From contig CAVOHZ010000010.1 of the NCBI GenBank assembly GCA_963695855.1, forward strand, positions 1,741,657 through 1,805,656: a stretch of DNA of 64,000 nt. Direction: 5' to 3'. The DNA comes from an uncultured Nitrososphaerales archaeon. GTDB taxonomy: Archaea > Thermoproteota > Nitrososphaeria > Nitrososphaerales > Nitrososphaeraceae. The first letter of the stretch is position 1. Every line of letters starts with the position of its first letter. Shown here in pieces: positions 1 to 11,875 of this stretch. The position numbers and the translations under genes are program-made. The notes below the pieces were generated by a model. It did no database searches and was not told where the DNA came from. It worked only from the letters and a program-made list of their open reading frames with translations.

Positions 1-2
1 AA

Positions 3-710
3 ATCTGCTCCTTTGTTTATTAAATCATTTGCTGACTTTTTCCCTTTAATTGGATTGTCCCAGTCGTCTAAATAGATATCAAGTACTGTGATATTAGGAT
101 CAACATAAGCGGCTCCTCTCTTATAGCCTTCATATATATTTATTATATTTGGATATTTTTCTCCACCTATAAAACCAATTACCTTCGTCTTTGACATCAT
201 TGCTGCTAATGCTCCTAACAAATATGTTCCTTCTTGCTGCATTGGAAAAATGGATGCAACATTCGAAGAATTAACTAGACCTGTAAAAACTATAAATTTT
301 GTATCAGGATAGTCTTTGGCAACCTTAATTGTGGGATCCCCCCATTCAAATCCATGGGATATAATCAAATCATAATTTTTACTTGCATAATCTCTCAAAG
401 TCATTTCTATATTAGGAATATCAACATTTTCTTTAAAGTTTATTTCATGACCATATCTTAAATTTAATAATTGTACCGAATTATACCCAAAAGCTGCCCA
501 TCCTGCATCACTGAACAAACCGTCGGTTAATAAAGCAATTTTTAGCTTTGAATCCGAAATATTCGTTGTTACATTTAATGAAGAAATGCTCAATGACTTG
601 GTAATATTATCGGTATCAGTAATGCCATAAACAAAATGAAATACTGTAAAAAATCCTATAGATATAACAAGTATCCCTGAAATTAAAACTATGGCAAACC
701 TGTTATACAT
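3..710 (-). CDS. BMP/PnrA-family ABC substrate-binding protein (runs off the left edge)
   Basis: Manual translation from ATG at 710: N-terminal TM segment, then KIALLTDGLFSDAGW, YDLIISHGFEWGD, QEGTYLLGALAAMMSKTKVIGFIGG and DDWDNPIKGK, typical of the BMP family. Confidence 0.85.
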   Translation of the reverse strand, partial: MYNRFAIVLISGILVISIGFFTVFHFVYGITDTDNITKSLSISSLNVTTNISDSKLKIALLTDGLFSDAGWAAFGYNSVQLLNLRYGHEINFKENVDIPNIEMTLRDYASKNYDLIISHGFEWGDPTIKVAKDYPDTKFIVFTGLVNSSNVASIFPMQQEGTYLLGALAAMMSKTKVIGFIGGEKYPNIINIYEGYKRGAAYVDPNITVLDIYLDDWDNPIKGKKSANDLINKGAD

Positions 711-1078
711 ATATTATTACTTAGTCAAGCAACAATATTCTTTATTAAGATTACAAGTAATTATTAATAGTTAATTTAACAAAGAAATAAGATGAGTCTA
801 TTTCATAAAAATTTCATAAAATTATCTTTTATTTTTTTTAACTTTTAGCTTTTTAAAACATATTGTTTTGCATTTTGAATTCAAAGAACCAGATTTTTAT
901 CTTTTATTCTTTTTTCAGCCATTTTGAACTAAAATTGAATATTGAGCATGAAAAAAATGTAAAAAAGAACCTAAAGTGAGATGTAGTATAGACAGTTTCA
1001 GTAGTTATTATATTCTTATTCTTGTCATAAAATATAGTGTTACAAAATGTCTTTTGTATTGATACTCATAACACAATT

Positions 1079-1369
1079 CTAATTCAAATGTTCAATAGCC
1101 TTTTTTAAATCTTCAAATACCATTACTGGATGAAATTCAACTTTGGCTCCTAAATCCTGAAATAAGGGTTCTGCTATTGATGGTATCATATCAGCACTTT
1201 CGATGTTAATGATAAATGCAAAGGTTCTATCACCACCTGCTTCAAAGAAATATGCTGCTTCTGCCTTCACCTTCTGTATGTAATTCTCAAGTTCTTGTAA
1301 GAATTTTGGATTTTTTACCAGCTTGTTGCCTGCTTCTGTTGGTATCTGTGCTCTAACTAAAAATCTCAT
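1079..1369 (-). CDS. Conserved small protein (DUF3303/GYD-like)
   Basis: 96-aa ORF with EAAYFFEAGGDRT and AEPLFQDLGAKVEFHPVM. Confidence 0.6.
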   Translation of the reverse strand: MRFLVRAQIPTEAGNKLVKNPKFLQELENYIQKVKAEAAYFFEAGGDRTFAFIINIESADMIPSIAEPLFQDLGAKVEFHPVMVFEDLKKAIEHLN

Positions 1370-1489
1370 ATGTTGTTTCTAATAATATTATGTCTCTTTA
1401 AACTTTCTATAGTTAAGTTAACGTAATGAAATGAATTATTAAATTTATATGATTATTCCAAAAATTATTAAAAATCTACTTTACGATTA

Positions 1490-1772
1490 TAAATAATAGT
1501 TTTGTATAGTAGTACAGATATGTGATTAGTTCTAGCTCTTCTTGTTCTGTTGAAGAGAGGAGATCATTAAATACAATCTCAAAAAAAATGATGTTGAACT
1601 TGGATTAACAAATTATAGATATGGCAATTGTTGCACTAATAAAATAGCTAAATCTTGCGAAACCGATTGTTTTACAATGGTTATTATTCAATCATTACTT
1701 GAACCTAACGAAACATCTGCTGTGGTGCTAGAAGCATCAAATTGAGTTGGGACTGGATTGTTACCGTCATCT
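1490..1772 (-). pseudogene. Decayed Ig/prealbumin-like module of the secreted cargo family
   Basis: Minus strand reads DGNNPVPTQFDASSTTADVSLGS, matching TGNNPNPSEQFPSSTSGTVVTLDP in 14657..15736; stops follow; boundaries approximate. Confidence 0.4.
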
Positions 1773-3162
1773 TGATAAGAAGTTGATGTTCCTCTCTTCT
1801 TAATGTATAATAAGACATAACCCTCAGTTTTATATTGTCAAAGTATGATCATGTCAATAGAATTGAAAATAAATAGATATTATTCTAAATGCTTTATTTT
1901 GTTTATATCTAGCCAGTCACAGGGTCTATAAATTATAAATAATATACACTTTGTTTATATCATTGTAGAACCTTTTTTTACCTAGACTTTGACCTAGACT
2001 AAAGTGTATCTAACTATTTTTTACCTCAAGCTTCATGAGATTCGGTTCAATCTACGATATTGTGATAAAACGCAATTATCCTAACATAAAACTAGAAAAA
2101 TGCGCAATTAACAGAGAATATGGATAGCCCTAGTGAATGTACAAATGCTTGAAGAAAGAAACAAAGAAAGAATGAAAGATTATCAGTCTCTATCCAGAAA
2201 CACCAGAATACCAGGAATTAAATACAAAGGACATAACAAGTACTGATATCACATACCACCGCTTTGCTCTTCTATCATATATCTAAACATGGTAAAGACA
2301 TCAGACCATATGGCTGCAGACATAATTAGAGAAGATAATTATCACCAGAAATTCTGAAAGTTATGCTGCAAATATCTCAGATACTTTGATAAAGTAGTAG
2401 AGTAGACCAAAATACAGAAAAGCTGGATGTTTTCTAATTTTCTATTATCTTAAATAATGTAAAATAAATCTCAAAAATGTAAAATAATGACATTTTTAGC
2501 TTTAACGTAATACTATGAAAGTTTGTAGAAAAATCCAGAGTATTTATGCCACATAGTTTCCAAATATCCAAGTAACTATGATAAGGTGATAGAGGAGGGG
2601 GAGCTTTTGGTATATATGTGGTCTTTAATTGGTGTTTTGTGCCCGATACCACAAAAATGCATTAGATGATATAACAAAAATCGCAAAAACTGAAGACAAT
2701 GGTAGACCTAGAATTGATTCTCATAATGAAGATAATATAATCTAGTGATATCGTTCCAAAAGTCAGAGAATGATATTCTAAAGATGTATTCAAGTTGTTG
2801 AGCTACTGAAGATAAATGGAAGACCAGTTATCCCAAATAACAACTTTATCATACATACAACATCATAACGAGATCACTTTTTTCTATGCATCTTCATGCT
2901 CAAGAAACAAAGTCTATGATAACAAGGATTGAAACAAAACAAGCAGTCAAGCTCTAGCGGAATTCAACTATTATCATTTTTTATTTTACGAATATTGAAA
3001 AAACAATGTCTTTTAATAATTGTTTGAAATACTAACATTGAAAAGCAAACAAGAGTTCAAGTCTATAATCATTAATGAATAAATCCTAAGATCAAATATA
3101 ATTGTAAATATCAATATAGAATTTTATAATATTTTTAGTTTTTAGTATAGTTGATAATTCCT

Positions 3163-3200
3163 GAGTATACCGTGGTTTGTAAGAATATCACTAGAGTAAT
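3163..3200 (+). repeat. Degenerate copy of the element-B left-end arm
   Basis: gagtataccgtggtttgtaagaatatcactagagtaat vs gagtacacctgggtttgttcgatatcactagagcaat at 31429-31465; homologous genes follow both. Confidence 0.6.
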
Positions 3201-3524
3201 AAGGTTTTATTGTTATTCTTGTGATTACATGGCTTTTACATTTTTGCATTCTAGTAGAAGCTCATTAAAAATAAAAAGAATAGTCATCGTTTTTTATGGT
3301 CGTTTTCATTGTTGTTATTATTATGATTGGATTTCAAACATAACCGGAAATCACTACCCAACGAGGTGGAAAGTTCCAAGTAATCTTATTTGTATTTTAC
3401 CAAATACCTGAAGGTAAGAGGAATGAAGAAGTTAAGATAAGTTTGTTCATTAAATCGAAAAAACAAATAACAGTATAAAAAAACGGGCTATTCATATAGT
3501 ATGAAGACTAATAAAGAGTAAATA

Positions 3525-3794
3525 ATGAAGACAGAATTCAGTTATCATTATTTGTCATATTGTTTTTCTGTTTTCTTTCCCTTTTTCTCTATGTTTTTAT
3601 TATCAGTCCATGGTGAATTTGAACAAGAAGAAGACTATTCAAACATGGACATATACGGAAACATATTTTACAACAATATCGAGGACGAAATCTTGGACAT
3701 CGAACCTCCTGTTCCAATGAATACCACAGAACTGATAGAAATAGGAAAGAATATTACAATTATCCACAATCCTTCTAGTGAAAAATATTTTTAA
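3525..3794 (+). CDS. Small secreted/membrane protein, copy 1 of 3 (MxTEFSY family)
   Basis: Hydrophobic N-terminus plus HGEFEQEEDYSNMDIYGN; near-identical to 31671..31943 and 59044..59300. Confidence 0.7.
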   Translation: MKTEFSYHYLSYCFSVFFPFFSMFLLSVHGEFEQEEDYSNMDIYGNIFYNNIEDEILDIEPPVPMNTTELIEIGKNITIIHNPSSEKYF

Positions 3795-3887
3795 TATCTA
3801 TCTGTAGTTAATTGTTACTGTTGGTATACAATGGTGGTAGGTTAACAAAATACAATCAGATTCCTAAGAAGGGGGCGGCCGATTTCT

Positions 3888-4019
3888 ATGATTATTGAGT
3901 AGGAAACTAACGAAAGGATAAAAAGGAATACACATAGTAGAGAGACTTATGACGAAATTTTGATTACATTTTTAGACTATTCTGAGAAATATAACAGTCC
4001 AAAATTTCATTATGATTAG
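3888..4019 (+). pseudogene. Small RHH/antitoxin-like gene remnant
   Basis: MIIE*ETNERIK..ETYDEILITFLDYSEKYNSPKFHYD; homologous to 32497..32706 with an internal stop. Confidence 0.55.
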
Positions 4020-4792
4020 TTAATTAATTTAAAGAAAAAAAGAAAAGTAAAATAATATTAAAATTTACAAATTGGTGACTTTGTTGAAATTAAAAAAAAA
4101 GAATGGCAAAATTGTAATAGAGAAAATGAAAAATGAAAAATAATATTGTTGATTCAACTATTACAAACGAGATCTCATACTATAACTGTGGATGTTCTAT
4201 TCTAATGAATTTGACAAGCATTTATTAGAGGTAGAACATGCACTGCTAAATCTATTTCCTTAAATTAACACAGTCTTTAAAACACTAAAATGCTCCAATT
4301 GTATCTCCATCTCAAACTATAAAGAATTCTCTACTCTATTTTAGGCTCTGTTAAGTTAAGGAAAATTTATGAAATAAATTGAAAAATTCTTTTGAAATTG
4401 AGCATAGAACATAATATAAAAGTAGAATATACACATTACTTTATCCTTAAGTTAACATCTATGAAAATCTCTATCTGTATCAGGTCATCCTTATGTTCCT
4501 GTTAAGCGTAATATTCTATTATAATTCATCATATTAAAAATTATCTAAAATAGCATATGCTATACTTGTTACTTTCCCTTGATTTTGCTTTTTTTCATTC
4601 TTTTTTTATTTTATTTTCTTTTTTTTATGTCGGCTAACAGGCGGCAAACATCTATTCACCTTCTTTATGAGGTAGTAGTATAGCCGCTCGGATATTGGTT
4701 CAGTCAGAGCCTCACTCTCGTACGGAGTATGTTAACTTTGAACCTAGCCTGAATACAGAAGGGATTGGTACCCAATAAAGATTTTCATATAG

Positions 4793-4909
4793 TCAGGGCC
4801 CTATTTTAGGTGGTACCAAGTAGTTTGAAACTGGTGATCCATGATGATGAATTATTAACCATCTTTTCTGGTTATTATCATATTCATATATGTTCGTTGC
4901 AACTACACC
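4793..4909 (-). pseudogene. C-terminal fragment of an NTF2/SnoaL-like protein
   Basis: Reads GVVATNIYEYDNNQKRWLIIHHHGSPVS; the N-terminus is missing. Confidence 0.55.
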
Positions 4910-5106
4910 AGATCATCAATAGGACATAACAACCTCAATATATTATGAACATTATCGCCTAATACCATTTTATATATAGGCGATGCCAATAACGCCAAAT
5001 CAATCAAGACAAAAATTTTTTATTATTTATCTTGTTGTGATTAGTAGCATTATCGCTAGAGTAATAGACTAAATTAACTAGTTTAAATATGTTAAAAAAT
5101 TTAGGG

Positions 5107-5721
5107 TTATGATGATGATTGTAGTTCAATTATCCCCAAATCTGAGAGGCATTGTAGTATAGTTTGTTGAGTCTCAAGAGATATATCTGCGAATGTTAGT
5201 GTAGTCTCAAAACCTTCTAATTTATCCTCATTTGGAATGGCAGGATTGCTTAGTTGTTCACAAAACTGTCCAACTGTTGTTCCCTCGTTGTCAACTGTTG
5301 TTCCCTCGTTGTCAGAAAGTTTAGAAAGAGCATCCTTTAGGGCTTGTGTTTGTTCATTTATATTGACACTTACATATATTTACCAGATTCTTGTCCAAGT
5401 TTATTCTATCTCCTAAACCGTTGCCATTTACACTGTCAGGACTATCTTCAGTTCTCTCTAGTTCATTTGCTGCTATGTCATCCTGTGGAGTCTCAGTAAT
5501 ATCTATACCATTGACATTTACGTTCTTATTCAAACAACTAATTTCTGTATATTTACATCAGATGATTTTGAATCAGGGTATGTCTTATAATGATCATTTC
5601 CATAATGAAAATCGTATATTTTTGCCTGTGCATTTGTAGTTAGTGATGCGTTAATAATCAATAGACTTCCGGTGAATATTGTTACTGATAAAGGCCCTTA
5701 AACTAGTTTATTATTGATCAT
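5107..5721 (-). pseudogene. Frameshifted member of the CVNSNINVNG secreted family
   Basis: Remnants NVNVNGIDITE, DRINLDKNLVN and a CLSDLGII terminus; disrupted frames. Confidence 0.7.
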
Positions 5722-5894
5722 GGGTTCTATAATTCTATTAAGATATTTCTGACGTTTCGAGAATTATTATTTGAAAATTTCGAATTTCAAACTTCAGAAA
5801 TAATGATAGTACAAAGAATAGCGATTGATGTTAAGGTAGAAAGTATTTACTCATATAGATAAAGATTAAAATAAAAAATAAAAAAATTTGAACT

Positions 5895-6338
5895 TCAGAA
5901 CATTACAATATGACCTGACTCATTACTTAATGTTATTCCTGGATAGTCTATCACGGATCCATTTGGTACAGGAGTAAGAAATTCATCTGAGGCATCAAAT
6001 ACCTCTACATTTGCAGTAGTAATTGTCCATCGTGAATTTGTAGTTGATTCCCTGCGAAGATATATTTTATGCCTATTTACTTTCTCGATTGGGCTACCTC
6101 CTGACATATGCTGTCCACTTCTTGGGTCATTTAATTCCGGATCTTCAACATTGCTATTACTTCCAAATCTTAACTCTTGTTTTTTATTTTTTTCATGAAA
6201 GGGATTTTCAGCATGATCACCTTGTCTTCTACACCTAAATTCCCTACCTCCAATGCCAAGAAATACTCGCTCATTACTATCTATATCTTCATCTCCTGTC
6301 GTTACGGTAAGAATTATGTGATCTACCAAAGCTACCAT
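5895..6338 (-). CDS. Hypothetical protein, possibly PLAT/LH2-like beta-sandwich
   Basis: 147-aa ORF; ILTVTTGD..VFLGIGGREF pattern; fold call is tentative. Confidence 0.55.
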   Translation of the reverse strand: MVALVDHIILTVTTGDEDIDSNERVFLGIGGREFRCRRQGDHAENPFHEKNKKQELRFGSNSNVEDPELNDPRSGQHMSGGSPIEKVNRHKIYLRRESTTNSRWTITTANVEVFDASDEFLTPVPNGSVIDYPGITLSNESGHIVMF

Positions 6339-6726
6339 TATTATTATATATTTATTATAAGGTTTTTAAATATGATCTTTTAGGTATAAATTAAACTCTT
6401 AAATTATATCACATGAAAATTTTTTGATGTCGAAGTTAAAAAAACAACTAGATAATAGTAAAAATAATTATCCTAATTTTAATTTTAATTCTTTAGATGA
6501 AAATGCTATCTTGAATCTACTAAAATATGATTCTGTTATATCTTTTGATGATCTAGTTTCGAAATTAAATATAAACAATCCCAGATTATAATTGATACTC
6601 TTACAAAATTAATTGAAGATGAAATTATACTACTAAAACAGGAAGACGATACGTTGTATTTTAGTCTTAAATATAAATAGAAAAATATTATTTTAGAGAT
6701 AAATTGGATATAAAATACCATTTTTG

Positions 6727-7387
6727 TCATTTAATTATTTTGAATTCATCTAAAACTTCTCCGTCATTGGAATAGTATTTACCTATTAACGTATTTCCGT
6801 TATAATCTACATCGACGTTTAAAAATCCATAGCTGGAATCTTGCTGGTATACGATATAAGGTTCCTCGTTGGTAAAAGGATCAAAATTAACTCCACCAGT
6901 TCCTACAATAATTTGAAACATTCCTTTATGGGGTGTGTATTCAGTTTTGCCGTTATCGTTAATAATTGGTTGTGATTGATGGATTTATTTTATTATAAGA
7001 TAGAGGATATGTTCTTTGATAATTATGGGCATGACCACTAAACAGTATATCTACACCATATTTTTCAAATAGTGGATGGTATGTATCTCTCAATTTTTTT
7101 ATTGGATCACAAGAGTCATGATCTCCGCAGAGTGAAGAATATTGTTGTCTATAAGTCATAACAATAATACACTTTATATCCGGATTTTTTGACGCCTGTG
7201 ACAGATCTTTATCAACATATTCATATTGTTCTGTTTCTTCAACATCTGAGAAACGATCTTCATCACCAACACTGTATGTAGATTTAGAAGACATCATTAG
7301 AAAATGGATATTTTTGTAATCAAATGAGTAATATGGATCGGATAATCCAAAGTTTTCCATATATTGATTGAAAATGGTTGGCGTCAT
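6727..7387 (-). pseudogene. Purple-acid-phosphatase-like metallophosphoesterase, 5'-truncated and frameshifted
   Basis: YYSFDY, HPLFEKYGVDILFSGHAHNYQRTYP and IIVGTGG..YGFLNV split over two ORFs; the N-terminal metal motifs are absent. Confidence 0.75.
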
Positions 7388-7577
7388 ATAATCATGATAT
7401 ACTCATGTTATCTATACCGGCTTGTAAATACTCTATATATAAATTTTTTAATATTTAATAATGTTATATAATAATAGTATATTAAATAAAAATATTCTAT
7501 ATATAAAATTTATTTAAGCAGTATTTAGACTTCTTTTGTGAAACTTTAATGTGTTCATAAACTATCTACGAATTGAA

Positions 7578-7625
7578 CGCCGGGGAGTGGACCTCGAACC
7601 TTCGTTCATCAGATGTAGATTCTAC
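7578..7625 (+). repeat. Degenerate att junction (core plus A-type arm)
   Basis: cgccggggagtggacctcgaaccttcgttcatcagatgtagattctac vs cgccgggagtgggactcgaaccttcgtccatcaaatgtgggttctcc at 53343. Confidence 0.75.
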
Positions 7626-8011
7626 TTTCGAATATTAAAATATTCCTTTAATTAAAAGATTATAGTTAGATATACCCAATCATACACACCTTTTTATTAG
7701 AATAATTTTTTTATCTTATCGGAGTCTTTTATAGAAGAGTTACATTATTTTTGCAATCTCGCTAGTATTCATAATGTTATATTTTAGTTATTAGTCTTTA
7801 GTCACCGAAATAACCATAAAAATACTTTATTATTAGTTAATTATATTAATTATTCTTGTTAGTAAAAGTAGTCATCTAGACATCATCTTATTATTAACAT
7901 CTAGACATCATCTTATTATTAACATCATTAACATCATTAATAATTGATTTCTATAAAAATATATCAAAATTTGTGTAAAATCATCTAAATAAACTATAAT
8001 AAGATTAAATA

Positions 8012-9271
8012 ATGTATTGTATAAAAGTCATTATTATCACTTTGTGCCCAATAACTCAGATTCAAGACAAAAGTCATATTTTAGGAATCTATTCTTCACC
8101 ACAGAGAAAAATAGAAGATGGTTTAGAATATCTTAGAATTGGATTTGAGGAAAAAAATGAAGCAATATTAATGATTACTAATGAACTAACTAAAAATGAA
8201 CTTAGAAATGAAATAATAAAAAGATGGAAGATTTCTCCAAATAAATTGGCAGACCTAGAAAAAAATTCCATTATAAACATCAAAAGTTCTACAGAAGTCT
8301 ATTTTTCGACTAATAGAATAGATCGTGACAAGATTGGCAAACAGTTTTCTGATCTAACAAATAAAGCAATACAGAAACGAAAAAGAGGTCTAAGGGCATT
8401 TGGAGATGTCAAAATCTTTTTTGAAAGAGGATATGAAAAATATATTATTGAATTTGAAAAATCATTTCCACCTTCATTTGATTTTCCAATGACGTCTATT
8501 TGTGCTTATGATTTAGATGATTTTGAAAAGTTAGATCATCGATCTAGAAAAATACTTTTTGATCATCACAACCTACATCTTACAAATAATCTATTTCGAA
8601 ATATATTTGATGATTCATTTTCTCTTAGTCTGACTGAACATATTTGTATGTATTATGAGAACGAATTACAATCTCCTTCTTTTTCTGATTCTTTTGTAAC
8701 TAGTCTATCACGATATCTTGGTGAAGGATTACTACACGATCAATTATGTATTTATCTTTCTATGCATAATATGAAAAAAGATCATCCAAAAACAATACTA
8801 TCACAACTTGCTAATCTAAAAAAGTCTCCAATAAAAAAAAAATTTATCGTAATTAAAAATAGTGATGATTATTACATCAATGCAGTACGTAACAATCTAA
8901 AACCATTTGAAGATTTAAAAAAAGAAATTTTTGAGAAAGCAATAGTAGGCAATAAAAAAGATATTAGAATAGTATGTGATATTCCAAATTTTCTATTTAG
9001 ATATAAACATTTTGATCAGTGTATTGCTCTAGAAGAATGGTGGGATCAAACAATAGAAGAATTGAATAAAAATCATGGATTAAATGTATCGTTATTATGT
9101 CTATATGATAGTAATAATTTTAAAAATATTCCTTTTAAATATCATAGATATAGAATAAATGATATTCATAGTATTGTTTGTGATTCGGAGGGAATAGTAC
9201 ACTCAAAATATTCAAAATTTGATTCACTAACAAATAAGATGAAAAGTGAGAAAGGAGGAGAAGGAAGATAA
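8012..9271 (+). CDS. Tandem MEDS-domain sensor protein
   Basis: Two H-I..Y / GLRAFGD / ICAYD (LLCLYD) ..H MEDS-type motif sets. Confidence 0.75.
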   Translation: MYCIKVIIITLCPITQIQDKSHILGIYSSPQRKIEDGLEYLRIGFEEKNEAILMITNELTKNELRNEIIKRWKISPNKLADLEKNSIINIKSSTEVYFSTNRIDRDKIGKQFSDLTNKAIQKRKRGLRAFGDVKIFFERGYEKYIIEFEKSFPPSFDFPMTSICAYDLDDFEKLDHRSRKILFDHHNLHLTNNLFRNIFDDSFSLSLTEHICMYYENELQSPSFSDSFVTSLSRYLGEGLLHDQLCIYLSMHNMKKDHPKTILSQLANLKKSPIKKKFIVIKNSDDYYINAVRNNLKPFEDLKKEIFEKAIVGNKKDIRIVCDIPNFLFRYKHFDQCIALEEWWDQTIEELNKNHGLNVSLLCLYDSNNFKNIPFKYHRYRINDIHSIVCDSEGIVHSKYSKFDSLTNKMKSEKGGEGR

Positions 9272-10276
9272 ATGTTAGAGGATATCGGAAATCATAATAA
9301 TGAGATTTCAAATAATAATAAGAAAAAAACAATAATACTTGTTACAGGTAATATTCAATATTATCAACAACAATTTAATAATTATAATATCAATAAGTAC
9401 AAAATAACATTCATCAATTGGAATGACATTTTGTCTTTTCTTACGAATTTTGATGATACTAAACGTAAAAACCTTGAATTAATTATTTTAGATATTCCTA
9501 CAGCAGCAAAAGATGCAAAGACCAATCAGATATCTACTAGCACTATCAGAGAAATCAAAAAAATATTTTATGATACAAGAATATTTTTTATGTTACCATT
9601 CGAATCTATGATAGACAATTTACTATCTAAAGCAATATGTAAACAAGAAGATATTCGCCTTCAACCATTTTCAGTATTTGATATAATAGATTTAATTTCC
9701 ATCACAAAGAAAAATGAAAGGCTTGATCGATTACAATTAAAAGATCACTGTATGTATATATATTCTTCTGTTGACGATAAGGTCAAGGACGCAATTAAAT
9801 TTCTAAAAATAGGAATAGAAAATAATGAAATGACTCTACTACTATTAAGCAGAGAGATTGATCCTTCTTATCTGCTATGTCAAATTGCATTACATGATAT
9901 TGATATAAGTAAATTACAGAATAACGGATTATTGAAGATTGCCAATACTGAAGAATATTATTTATCCTTTAATCAAAAAGACAATAAAATTAACACAGTA
10001 ACAGTAGATAATAAAAAAGTACATAGCAACTTCTTTAATTTAGCAGATCAAGTTAACAAGAGAGAAGGAATTAATGGATTGCGAATATTTGCTATGCTTG
10101 ATTGTTTCTTTGAACATGGTTTAATTGATGAATTAGTTGATTATGAATGTGAAACTCCATTTAAATTTAGCAAACCAATTCTTGGGATATGTGCTTATAA
10201 TGATAAACATATAGCACAATTATCAGAAGATCAAATCAGAAAACTAGTATTAACTCATAGTAGCGTTTGGATATAA
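9272..10276 (+). CDS. Degenerate receiver plus MEDS-domain protein
   Basis: LIILD..QPF receiver-like N-terminus; DHCMYIY, GLRIFA, GICAYN..H MEDS C-terminus. Confidence 0.7.
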   Translation: MLEDIGNHNNEISNNNKKKTIILVTGNIQYYQQQFNNYNINKYKITFINWNDILSFLTNFDDTKRKNLELIILDIPTAAKDAKTNQISTSTIREIKKIFYDTRIFFMLPFESMIDNLLSKAICKQEDIRLQPFSVFDIIDLISITKKNERLDRLQLKDHCMYIYSSVDDKVKDAIKFLKIGIENNEMTLLLLSREIDPSYLLCQIALHDIDISKLQNNGLLKIANTEEYYLSFNQKDNKINTVTVDNKKVHSNFFNLADQVNKREGINGLRIFAMLDCFFEHGLIDELVDYECETPFKFSKPILGICAYNDKHIAQLSEDQIRKLVLTHSSVWI

Positions 10277-10321
10277 TTTATTATTTCCTTCAATTTTTTA
10301 TAATTATATTCTATTTATTAA

Positions 10322-10744
10322 TCACAATACTATCAATCGTTCTTTTTTATCATCTTGTTGTTGGTAGTTGTATAAAAGTGAATGAATGTTACTTCGTAGT
10401 TCGTTTAACCAGATTGGTTTGTATATAATAATCTTTTCTATATCTGGATTGTTTTTCTTTAGATGTTCTATATACTCTTTATTTGTAGCAGTAATAAATC
10501 TAAATAATAGAGCTTGATCTATATTTTTCAATTTTTTAGATAATTTCATTCCATTCATTTTAGGCATTTTCAAATCCAGTAAAGCGAGATTATATACATT
10601 TTTTTTAAAACAGTACAAAGCATCAATAGGATCGGTAAAAGCATCAACTTTATATCCATCATATTCTAAAAATGTTTTAAATAGATTAATGAGATCTTCA
10701 TCATCATCTACTATTAATATATTTTTACCTTTTGGAATAGGCAT
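10322..10744 (-). CDS. Single-domain response regulator (CheY-like)
   Basis: ILIVDDD, LALLDLKMPKMNG, FITA and KP receiver motifs. Confidence 0.9.
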   Translation of the reverse strand: MPIPKGKNILIVDDDEDLINLFKTFLEYDGYKVDAFTDPIDALYCFKKNVYNLALLDLKMPKMNGMKLSKKLKNIDQALLFRFITATNKEYIEHLKKNNPDIEKIIIYKPIWLNELRSNIHSLLYNYQQQDDKKERLIVL

Positions 10745-11004
10745 TTTTACATGCTCACATTATTAAACAACAACGTCCTTTATAAAGATGAGAGGGAATT
10801 ATTAACAGTTTGATTTAAGAGATTAACATTTGTCTCAATAGGTGTAAGATTATAATATTTTCGAGAATAATTTTGAATATTCCAGATATAGTAGTATTCT
10901 TCACAATTCAGAAGTTTTTCTATTTCCCAATAATGGAATGCAATTATCCATATTTTTGCTATGTTAGAAGGAGTCATTATAAAAAACGTGTACAGCGTCT
11001 TTTT

Positions 11005-11634
11005 TCAATACTCTTTGTATCTGAAGCACTTTATCTCATGATCGTTTACCATGCCGACTGCCTGCATAAAGGCATAGCAGATGGTGGAGCCAACAAACTT
11101 GAAACCGTGTTTAAGCAAGTCTTTGCTCATTGTATCGGACTCCTTAGTGTTGGTTGGAATATCTTTAATTGTTTTGATTTTGTTATTGATCGGCCTGCCG
11201 TTTACAAACTGCCAGATATACACATCGAAAGTACCGAATTCTTTTTGAATTTTCAAAAATGCTTTGGCATTGTCGATCGTAGATGCAATCTTCAAGCGAT
11301 TACGGATAATCCCTGGATCAGTAAGGAGTCGATTTACGTCTTCCTTCCCATAACAAGCGATTTTGTCCGCATGGAAGCCATCAAATGCCCTGCGGTAGTT
11401 TTCACGTTTATTTAAAACGGTTTGCCATGTAAGACCTGCCTGGGCACCCTCAAGAATTAGGAATTCAAAGAGCGTGTGATCGTCATGCACTGGTACACCC
11501 CACTCCTTATCATGATACTCAATCATGAGAGGATTATTAAATCCTGTCCAACTACACCGTCTTTTGTTGTACATTACATTTTCATTGGAGAAGGTATAGT
11601 TACTTGTAGATATGACATTCGATGATTTATCCAT
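11005..11634 (-). CDS. tag: DNA-3-methyladenine glycosylase I
   Basis: RCSW, YHDKEWG, LEGAQAGLTW, GIIRNRLKI, GFKFVG, FMQAVGMVNDH..C. Confidence 0.95.
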   Translation of the reverse strand: MDKSSNVISTSNYTFSNENVMYNKRRCSWTGFNNPLMIEYHDKEWGVPVHDDHTLFEFLILEGAQAGLTWQTVLNKRENYRRAFDGFHADKIACYGKEDVNRLLTDPGIIRNRLKIASTIDNAKAFLKIQKEFGTFDVYIWQFVNGRPINNKIKTIKDIPTNTKESDTMSKDLLKHGFKFVGSTICYAFMQAVGMVNDHEIKCFRYKEY

Positions 11635-11875
11635 TTGCTTTAAAATAATATATCAATGATATTAAATATTATGTAACTCACAGATGTTACGTTAATACTA
11701 ACCTTCTTGAAATGTTTCAACTGATGAAGATGGGAAGTTTTGATAGGAACAAGAATAAGCATATTTATCCTCATTCTACGTTTTAGCAAAATTAAAAAAC
11801 TAAAATATTATAATAATAAAAATGAAAATCATTTGATACATACAATAAAATAACTTAAATATTTACTAGACATAA

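Noticed and set aside
2050-2920. Possible decayed IS4/ISH3-like transposase
   Set aside because: Only faint fragments (WKTSY, NFIIHTTS) across broken frames; not supportable by eye
4955-5000. Fluoride riboswitch-like GGCGATG..CGCC
   Set aside because: The pseudoknot partner and a downstream target gene are missing; it is just a short atcgccta/taggcgat hairpin
10873-11415. 180-aa plus-strand ORF
   Set aside because: Antisense shadow of tag
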